From: Stellaceae bacterium
Lineage (GTDB): Bacteria; Pseudomonadota; Alphaproteobacteria; ATCC43930; CGMCC-115725
Direction: 5' to 3'
NCBI GenBank assembly: GCA_036268425.1
Contig: DATAUE010000108.1
Coordinates: forward strand, 31,256-55,255
Length of the DNA stretch: 24,000 nucleotides
Below are positions 8,203 to 18,626 of the stretch, piece after piece. Every line of letters starts with the position of its first letter. Positions within the stretch are counted from its first letter, which is position 1. Position numbers and translations under genes: made by a program. The notes beneath the pieces were generated by a model. The model ran no database searches. It was given only the letters and a program-made list of their open reading frames with translations, and was not told the DNA's origin.

Positions 8203-9195
8203 TCAGCCTTGCGGAAACACCCATTCCAGCGACAACATGACGCTTGGGCGCTGAATCCATTGCGGCAATGGCGGAAACCGCCGCACTGAACTCACCATCC
8301 GTTCGATCCGTTCGTCGATGTCGGAATAGCCCGAGCTGCGCGCCACCGCGACGCGCGCAATGGTCCCGTCGTCCAGCACCTGCACCGTAATGACCGCGAC
8401 GCCGCGTCGGCCGGCGATAAACCCCGGCGACAGGATGCCTTGATACCGGCGAATCATCCCCATGCAATAGGCCAGATACTCGTCATGCGTCGCGCTGGGT
8501 CCCGGACTGCCGGTTGCGGCGGCTGAGGGGCGCGGCTTTGGCGCCGGACGTGCCTTGACGACACGTTTCGGCGGCGGTTTCGCCTCCTGGTCGGGCGGTT
8601 CCACCGGTGCTGCCAGCGCCGGTTCGGGCGGCGGTTCTGGTTTCGGCAGCGCCGAGATCAGATCATGCGGCGGCTTTGGCGGCGGCACCGCCGGTTTTTC
8701 CGGTTCCGCAGTTTTCGGCTCTGCAGTTTTCGGTTCGGCAGGAACCGGCGGGCCGGGCTTTTGCGCGGGTGCAGTCGTTTCCAGTGATGTCAATTCACCC
8801 GGCGGTGGCTTTTTCGGTTCCTCGACCTTCGGCACCGGTTTTGGCGGGGGCGGAGGTGGAGGTGGCGGCTCGAACACGACCTGCACCGGAACTGGCGGCG
8901 GCAGCGGCGGTGGCGTGAGTGCCAGCGGCAACAGTGCCAGCAACGGCAGCAGATGCGCCGCGAGCGACCACAGAAAGCCGCGCGACGACAGGCGTTGCCG
9001 CAATCGCGACGGCGGCTTCTCCGGCTCGACGCGGGCGCGGCCGGGATCGAGCCGCCTCGTGTCGAGCGGCGCAGTTTCCTCGAATTCAACAAGAAACGGC
9101 GCCGGTACCAGGATCGGTTCCGGCCGACCGCCGGCGGCAAGCGGCTTTTTGCCGGTATCGATCTCGAAGCGTTCGAGAAGATCGTCCGGCCGCAC
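8203..9195 (-). CDS. TonB-family energy-transducer-like protein, paralog 2
   Basis: Full-length paralog of 7050-8123: DLLERFEID, FLVEF, SLAAHLLPLL (SxxxH), a poly-Pro/(EPKTA)n spacer, and [51 protein letters not shown] prefer GTG at 9195, which has GAGGA 6 nt upstream, aligns with the start of paralog 1 and avoids overlap with ligA. The longest ORF (GTG 9261) would overlap ligA by 40 nt. Confidence 0.75.
   Translation of the reverse strand: MRPDDLLERFEIDTGKKPLAAGGRPEPILVPAPFLVEFEETAPLDTRRLDPGRARVEPEKPPSRLRQRLSSRGFLWSLAAHLLPLLALLPLALTPPPLPPPVPVQVVFEPPPPPPPPPKPVPKVEEPKKPPPGELTSLETTAPAQKPGPPVPAEPKTAEPKTAEPEKPAVPPPKPPHDLISALPKPEPPPEPALAAPVEPPDQEAKPPPKRVVKARPAPKPRPSAAATGSPGPSATHDEYLAYCMGMIRRYQGILSPGFIAGRRGVAVITVQVLDDGTIARVAVARSSGYSDIDERIERMVSSVRRFPPLPQWIQRPSVMLSLEWVFPQG
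8705..8742 (-). repeat. in-frame 15-bp tandem repeat (about 2.3 copies) encoding (EPKTA)n in TonB-like paralog 2
   Basis: tccgcagttttcggc at 8705-8719, tctgcagttttcggt at 8720-8734, then a partial third unit. The peptide reads PAEPKTAEPKTAEPEKP. Confidence 0.8.
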
Positions 9196-9221
9196 GTTGT
9201 GTCCTCGGGGCGGCAGCCGCG

Positions 9222-13102
<3,881 letters not shown>

Positions 13103-13122
13103 GCCATCGGTCAACCGGTCAA

Positions 13123-13141
13123 GGCCTACAATATATAGGCC
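13123..13141. promoter_or_regulatory. perfect inverted repeat GGCCTA-N7-TAGGCC with an AT-only core, 21-39 nt upstream of the recN ATG; candidate operator and/or -10 region
   Basis: ggccta (13123-13128), caatata (13129-13135), taggcc (13136-13141). On the recN strand the core reads TATATTG (a TATATT -10-like hexamer). recN is a canonical SOS gene. Confidence 0.35.
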
Positions 13142-13210
13142 GCGACCGGCGCAGACCAGCAACGCCGCTCCCCGCGCGGACGGACGCCGCTCAACGTGCC
13201 GCAGAACCGT

Positions 13211-14188
13211 CTAGGCGCGGATTTCCTGGCGCTGGAACACGATGTAGGTAATCACGAAGATTACGATGACTGTCGCAATCAGACCGGTGAGCTGCGGCCA
13301 GATCAGGATAAAGCTCTGCGAAGCCGGCAACGGCGCGCCGAGCAGCGCGCCTTGCAACTGGCTGATCAGCACCGGCCCCAGCGCACGGGTAGCCGGCTGC
13401 AATAGGGCCAGCGCGCTTTCGGCGTAAAGCGTGTTGGGCGACAGGCGATCGATGATCGTCTGCGTCTGCATGTACGCCATACGCGGGCCGAACATGCCTT
13501 CCGGCGGCCCGGCAAGCAGATTGGCGAGCATCGGCGTGATAAACGACCAAAACAGCGCGAACACCAGCCATATCCCGAGCGCCGCCAGGGCGGCGGTCGC
13601 CGGAGCACGGAAGATCACCGAGCACAGCAAGGCGACCGCCAGCCACACCCCGCCATAGGCGATCGTCGCGACCAGAAAGCCGAGCATCCGAATCGTTTCT
13701 TCGGTGCTGGGCGGCACCCCGAGCAGCAACAGCCCGAGACCCAGCACCAGCAGCCACAGCGACACCAGCCCGATGGTCAGCGACAGCAGCCCGGCGAAGA
13801 ACTTGCCGAGCAGCAGTGCGTCGCGGTAGATCGGCTGCGCCAGGATGCGGCTGAGGGTACGGCGGTTGAATTCGCCGTTGACCGCATCGAAGGCCAGCGC
13901 AATCGCCACCAGCGGGATCAGAAAACCGAGCAGCGCGATAAACGACGGCAACGGGTCCTGCGACAGCGTTAGCAGGCGCAGAAACAGAAACGGGCTTTCG
14001 CCGAGCGTTGCACGAATCGTGCGGATCGCCTCATAAGCGGCGGCAATCGCGGTCAGAAACACCAGCCCTTCCAGGATGCGCATCCGCGCGCTCGATAGAT
14101 GGTCGGCGGTTTCCTTGGCAATGACGGTGCCAAGGCCGGTCCACGGTGAGCCGCGCCGGGTTCGGCCAGCTTCGTTACGCGGCGGCAT
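13211..14188 (-). CDS. ABC-2 type transporter permease
   Basis: Polytopic membrane protein with about 6 hydrophobic helices, directly downstream of an ABC ATPase. ATG 14188 is preceded by GAGGAGG at a 6-nt spacing and overlaps the ATPase 3' end by 14 nt. The longest ORF starts at 14242. Confidence 0.8.
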   Translation of the reverse strand: MPPRNEAGRTRRGSPWTGLGTVIAKETADHLSSARMRILEGLVFLTAIAAAYEAIRTIRATLGESPFLFLRLLTLSQDPLPSFIALLGFLIPLVAIALAFDAVNGEFNRRTLSRILAQPIYRDALLLGKFFAGLLSLTIGLVSLWLLVLGLGLLLLGVPPSTEETIRMLGFLVATIAYGGVWLAVALLCSVIFRAPATAALAALGIWLVFALFWSFITPMLANLLAGPPEGMFGPRMAYMQTQTIIDRLSPNTLYAESALALLQPATRALGPVLISQLQGALLGAPLPASQSFILIWPQLTGLIATVIVIFVITYIVFQRQEIRA

Positions 14189-15158
14189 GGCGCGCCTCCT
14201 CGAAATAACGGTTGTACACCTCGTTGAGGCTCGGCGCGGCAAAATGGATGCCGACCAGATCGATTTCGGCAGCCAGGCGACGCGCGATGTCGGCGCGCAT
14301 GTCGCGTTGGCAATCGACGCGATAGCGCTGGCTGCCCGGCCCGGAATCGAGCCGCTGCACCCTTACCACACCGGGAATCGCGGCCAACCGGCCGGGAATA
14401 TCGATGCCGTTCGCCTCGACATCGATAACGTGACCGCCCCCCAGCACCTGCCCCGCGAGTTCGGTGACCGAACCGGAAAGGACGATGCGGCCGTGATTGA
14501 ACAGCGCGACCCGGTCGCACACGCTCTGCACTTGATCGAGGTGGTGCGAGGACAGCAGCACAGCGGTACCGTCGGCCTTGAGGCCGCGGATCATATCGAG
14601 AAATTCCTGCGTCGAATGCGGATCGAGCGCGGTTGTCGGTTCATCGAGGATTGCCACAGTCGGCCGCTTCATCAGGATTTCGGCAAGACCCAGCCGCTGC
14701 CGCATACCTTGTGAAAACGTGCCCACCCGGCGCCGCTCGACCTCGGCCAGCCCGACACGACGCATCGCGTCGATAAAGCGCTCGTCGATATCGCGCCGCG
14801 ACAGCCCCGCGAGCCGGGCGGTGTAGGTGAGGTTGTCGCGCGCCGAAAGCCCGTCGTAAAACCCGACCTGATCCGGCAGATAGCCGACCCGGCGCTTGAC
14901 GTCGAGCGGGTCGCGCAGCGGATCAAAGCCCGCGACCAGGGCGCGCCCGCCGGTCGGCTCGGTCAGGCCCAGCAGCATCAGGATCGTCGTCGTCTTACCC
15001 GAGCCGTTGGGCCCGAGAATGCCAACGATTTCTCCAGCGCGGACTTCGAGGTTGATGCCGTCGGCCGCCAGGTTGGTGCCATAGCGCTTCGTCAGCCCTT
15101 CGGCCTGAATCACCACAGCGCCCGTCACCATATTGCCCGATGCTGCCTCGCCTGCCAT
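14175..15158 (-). CDS. ABC transporter ATP-binding protein (ABC-2/CcmA-like, with C-terminal extension)
   Basis: Walker A GPNGSGKTT, signature FSQGMRQRLGLA, Walker B AILDEPTTALD and H-loop SSHHL. ATG 15158 is preceded by AGGAG, which overlaps the upstream TAG stop, at a 7-nt spacing. Confidence 0.9.
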   Translation of the reverse strand: MAGEAASGNMVTGAVVIQAEGLTKRYGTNLAADGINLEVRAGEIVGILGPNGSGKTTTILMLLGLTEPTGGRALVAGFDPLRDPLDVKRRVGYLPDQVGFYDGLSARDNLTYTARLAGLSRRDIDERFIDAMRRVGLAEVERRRVGTFSQGMRQRLGLAEILMKRPTVAILDEPTTALDPHSTQEFLDMIRGLKADGTAVLLSSHHLDQVQSVCDRVALFNHGRIVLSGSVTELAGQVLGGGHVIDVEANGIDIPGRLAAIPGVVRVQRLDSGPGSQRYRVDCQRDMRADIARRLAAEIDLVGIHFAAPSLNEVYNRYFEEARHAAA

Positions 15159-15168
15159 GACGCGGCTC

Positions 15169-16347
15169 CTAACGGCGGCCGAAGCGGGCAACGGCAAACA
15201 CCACGACCAACAGGGCTATGGCGATAATCGCGATGGCGATCGCCCCCCACAACGTCGAGGTCAACACGGTAATGCGGAAATTGGCCGATTCCGATAGCCC
15301 GCCGGCCGCGTTGGCGCGGATCGTCGTCTGGTAATCGCCAGCGATCGCCTTGTCGGACGGCGTAAACGTTACCTTGACGTTCTGGGTGCCCCCGGCGGCA
15401 AGCTGCGGCACGGTTTTCGGATCAAAAGCCGATTTCCAGCCCTCCGGCGCCGTCGCGCTGAGTTCTACATCGCGCGCCGCCTCGGTACCGTCATTGCGCA
15501 GGACGACGGTAAGTTCGCTGGCTTTGCCGGCATAGGCATCGCCGCTCAGCCGCCCGCCTTCGCCCGATACCGCAAGACGCGGCTGACCGACGATGGTCAG
15601 GGTGACCGGCAGGTCGGCGCTCGCCGCTTCGGTTTTCGCGTGCAGCACCAGCTTGTAATCGGCGGCATTGGTTTCGCGCGGGATCGTCAGTGCCGCTTCG
15701 ACGTCCTTAGACTTGCCGGCTTCGATCGGGATGCTGGTGATCTGCTGGCTGCCGTAGGCTTCGGTGAAGCCGACCTGGAAATTCTTGGGCGAATCGGCGC
15801 TCAGATTGACTGTTGCGTCATGCCCGCTGTCGTTGTTGACCGTGACTTTGTACTTGAACGAGGTCGTCGCGGTGCCGCGCAGTGCCGGGAAGTTGGTCGT
15901 CAGCTTGAGCTTGGCCGGCACCTCTTCGCCGATCATCACGGTGATCGGCAATTTCTCGTCGTATTGCGCATCCCGCGCCTCGACGGTGAAACGGTAGTCG
16001 CCATGCCCGATATTCGCCGGCGGCTCCAGCCGTAACTGCAGCCGCTCCTCGGCATCCGGACCGACCTGTACCGCGGCGACCGGCTGGCCGCCGCCGAGGA
16101 TCGTCGCCTTCCACCCCTCCGCTACCTGCGGCACGCTCAGCGCGAGCGATTGCGGCGGCAGCCGGAAATTATGCACCGACAGATCGATGGTCGTCGTCTC
16201 ACCGGCGCGCACGGTCATCGCCGGATATTTCGTCGTGACGAAAAGGCCGCTGATGCCCGGGCCGTTCGCCGCCGACTGTTCGGCCGCACACGCCCCCGTG
16301 GCGGCCAGCAATAGCGGGAAAGAGACAGCGAGGAGCCGTCGCAACAT
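15169..16347 (-). CDS. secreted, C-terminally membrane-anchored protein with three NEW3/CARDB-like Ig-fold repeats
   Basis: ATG 16347 is preceded by GGGAGGA. Signal peptide MLRRLLAVSFPLLLAATGACAAEQ. Three repeats of about 90 aa ending in GDYRFTVEA / ADYKLVLHA / GDYQTTIRA. C-terminal TM LWGAIAIAIIAIALLVVVFAVARFGRR. I recall this architecture being annotated as NEW3-domain/COG1470 next to ABC-2 transporters. The assignment is by pattern only. Confidence 0.7.
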   Translation of the reverse strand: MLRRLLAVSFPLLLAATGACAAEQSAANGPGISGLFVTTKYPAMTVRAGETTTIDLSVHNFRLPPQSLALSVPQVAEGWKATILGGGQPVAAVQVGPDAEERLQLRLEPPANIGHGDYRFTVEARDAQYDEKLPITVMIGEEVPAKLKLTTNFPALRGTATTSFKYKVTVNNDSGHDATVNLSADSPKNFQVGFTEAYGSQQITSIPIEAGKSKDVEAALTIPRETNAADYKLVLHAKTEAASADLPVTLTIVGQPRLAVSGEGGRLSGDAYAGKASELTVVLRNDGTEAARDVELSATAPEGWKSAFDPKTVPQLAAGGTQNVKVTFTPSDKAIAGDYQTTIRANAAGGLSESANFRITVLTSTLWGAIAIAIIAIALLVVVFAVARFGRR

Positions 16348-16519
16348 GAATCCGATCCTCCCGATTCGCCCGTGACGCGGCACCGGCCGGCGCGAGCCGC
16401 AGCGGCCCACGCCAGAACGTGACGCAAAATAATACTGCGCTGAATAGATCAGCCGCCGGGCAAGCTGAAATTAAGTTTTTTTAATGTGATCCAGACAGAC
16501 CGGCTTAGAACGGGTTTGC

Positions 16520-17341
16520 TCAGAACACATTATTGACGAGCTTGCCGAACCACCCCTCGCTGGCGGTCGCTGGGGTGCCGGCATTGTTGCTGGTGACCAG
16601 CGTATACGCATCGGTATACCAGTGGCTGCCGGGATAATTAAAGCCGAGCACGGCGGCATTTTCCTTCGCCTCTTTATTGAGGCCGAGCGAAAGATCGCAC
16701 TCGACGAGACGTTCGAGCGCTTCCGGTACATGCGTCGTGGTTTGATAGGCCTCGATGACCCGCTTAAACCGGTTCATCGCCGCGAGATATTCTTGGCGTT
16801 GCAGGTAGTACCGGCCAATCTCCATTTCCTTGCCGGCGAGATGATCGCGGGTGAAATCGAGCTTGAGCTTGGCATCGCGGGCATATTTGCTATCCGGGAA
16901 GCGCCTGACGACCTCGTCCAGCGATTTCAGCGCCAACTGGGTCAACTTCTGGTCGCGTCCGACATCGGTAATCTGCATGTAGTAGCAGACCGCCTTTAGA
17001 TAATAAGCATAAGCAACGTCACGGCTGCCGGGATGAAGCTGAATGAATCGCTCGGCTGCGAGGATCGCTTCGTCGTATCTGCCATCCTGGTACAGCGCAT
17101 AAATCTGCATCAACTGGCTTTTTGTGGCCCATACCGAATACGGGTGCTGGCTTTCTACCTGGTCGAAAGTCTTGGCAGCAGTATTGTAGTTTTCATCGAC
17201 CAGTTCATCCATTGCCTTGTTGTAAAGGTCGTCAACCGGCTTTTCGATATAGACTTGGCTTTTCGAATCCCCACCGCAGGCGGCAAGACCGAAAAGCATC
17301 ACGACAGCGGCAAGCCGCAGCGACGGGACCAGCAGGCGCAT
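16520..17341 (-). CDS. bamD: outer membrane protein assembly factor BamD (ComL/YfiO family lipoprotein)
   Basis: 273 aa. Lipobox LFGLAAC-GG. TPR-like repeats (YNKAMDELVDENYNTAAKTFDQVESQHP, YYLKAVCYY, DSKYARDAKLKLDF, IGRYYLQRQEYLAAMNRF). Lies between lpxC and recN. Confidence 0.88.
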   Translation of the reverse strand: MRLLVPSLRLAAVVMLFGLAACGGDSKSQVYIEKPVDDLYNKAMDELVDENYNTAAKTFDQVESQHPYSVWATKSQLMQIYALYQDGRYDEAILAAERFIQLHPGSRDVAYAYYLKAVCYYMQITDVGRDQKLTQLALKSLDEVVRRFPDSKYARDAKLKLDFTRDHLAGKEMEIGRYYLQRQEYLAAMNRFKRVIEAYQTTTHVPEALERLVECDLSLGLNKEAKENAAVLGFNYPGSHWYTDAYTLVTSNNAGTPATASEGWFGKLVNNVF

Positions 17342-17459
17342 TGATTAGTCTCAGCCTCGACAATCTCGGCGCGGTTATATCACGGAATCAGCCAATCACG
17401 GGGCGGCAGATTCAGCGCAACGGCTTCCGCCCTTGCAGTATCGGTCGCCGCGTGCCGGT

Positions 17460-18389
17460 TCAAGCGCTTGCGACGCGCATTCCGTCAGACCAGGCAGCGG
17501 TCCCAAGCGCGGCGGTTTCAGCAATCGTCGTGACGCACCAGGCACTGCTGTCGGCGAACAACGCCATCAGCAGGCGCCGCGTCAGCGCATGACCCGACCT
17601 CACGCCGCGGAAATGCCCGATGATCGGGCCGCCGGCGAGGTATAGATCGCCCATCGCGTCGAGCAGCTTGTGCCGCACGCATTCATCGGCAAACCGCAGC
17701 CCGCCGGCATTCAGCACCTGCGTGCCGCTGATCACCACGGCGTTGTCGAGTGACCCGCCAAGCGCCAGACCTGCCGCTTTGAGACGCGGCAGGTCGTCGA
17801 GCAGCCCGTAAGTGCGGGCCGGCGCGAGCTCGGTCGCAAAGGTTTCAGGCTCGAATGCCAAAGACAGATCCTGCCGCCGGATCAGCGGGTTGTCGTAATC
17901 GATCGCAAAGCTCATCGAAAAGCCGTGATCGGGCAGCAGCTCCGCGGTGGCACCCTTGTCGCCAACGCGAATCGGCCGCAACACCTTGAAGACCCGCCGC
18001 GCCGCGTCTTGCGCCATAATCCCGGCATGCGCGATCAGCCGCATGAACGGTGCCGCGCTGCCGTCCATGATCGGAACTTCGGCACCGCTCAGTTCGACGA
18101 TCGCGTTATCGATCCGGCTGCCAGCCAAAGCCGCCATCAAATGCTCGATCGTGCTGACCTTGATCCCCTCGCCATTGGTCAGCACCGTGCACAAGGCGGA
18201 CTCGGTAGTGTTCGCCCAATTCGCCTCGATTTCGGCGCCCGCATCGAGGCGGCGAAAGATAATTCCGGTGTCCGGCGCGGCCGGACGCAGCGTCATCGTG
18301 ACGGGCCGGCCGGAATGCAGGCCGATCCCGGTGCAGCGGGCCACCGCCCCCAATGTCCGCTGCGGCGCAATACTGATATCCCCCAACAT
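17460..18389 (-). CDS. lpxC: UDP-3-O-acyl-N-acetylglucosamine deacetylase
   Basis: 309 aa. N-terminus QRTLGAVARCTGIGLHSGRPVTMTLRPA, plus TIEHLMAALAG, EVPIMDGSAAPF, DECVRHKLLDAMGDL and HFRGVRSGHAL blocks characteristic of LpxC. Confidence 0.93.
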   Translation of the reverse strand: MLGDISIAPQRTLGAVARCTGIGLHSGRPVTMTLRPAAPDTGIIFRRLDAGAEIEANWANTTESALCTVLTNGEGIKVSTIEHLMAALAGSRIDNAIVELSGAEVPIMDGSAAPFMRLIAHAGIMAQDAARRVFKVLRPIRVGDKGATAELLPDHGFSMSFAIDYDNPLIRRQDLSLAFEPETFATELAPARTYGLLDDLPRLKAAGLALGGSLDNAVVISGTQVLNAGGLRFADECVRHKLLDAMGDLYLAGGPIIGHFRGVRSGHALTRRLLMALFADSSAWCVTTIAETAALGTAAWSDGMRVASA

Positions 18390-18626
18390 GTAACCACGCT
18401 TAAAAATGCAACGATCCCGGCGCGCAAATTATGCCCGCCAATACCCCACCACAAATCAAGGATTGTTGCCGATTATTGCATACATTTCCGGAGGTCGGCG
18501 GCGACGCCGGACCTGCCGTGGACCCTGCCGCGCAACCTCTGTCACAGGGCCGCGTTCCTGGTAGGATTAGCAGGTTTTTAATTCGTCCGGCCTAGCGTCT
18601 TGCAATCTCATTTCTAGGGGTCGGTC

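Noticed and set aside
7399-8900. Periodic short repeats that could superficially resemble a repeat-spacer array.
   Set aside because: The units are 6-18 bp, directly abutting with no spacers, in frame, and encode Pro-rich TonB linker peptides. This is not a CRISPR array.
13192-13207. Possible alphaproteobacterial LexA box upstream of recN (recN strand GTTC-tgcggcac-GTTG).
   Set aside because: The spacing is 8 nt, not 7, and the second half-site is GTTG, not GTTC. It also abuts the stop codon of the upstream permease gene. It does not meet the GTTC-N7-GTTC consensus.
16371-16426. 8-bp direct repeat CGTGACGC (16371-16378 and 16419-16426) in the leader of the NEW3/ABC module, together with loosely -35/-10-like hexamers around 16430-16480.
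   Set aside because: An 8-mer recurring once in about 170 nt is not statistically compelling, and the promoter-like hexamers have non-canonical spacing. I therefore make no specific site call.
16520-17341. bamD looks distinctly more AT-rich than its neighbours, which could hint at foreign origin.
   Set aside because: The skew is largely explained by its Tyr/Asp/Asn/Lys-rich TPR composition. The gene sits in its expected position next to lpxC.
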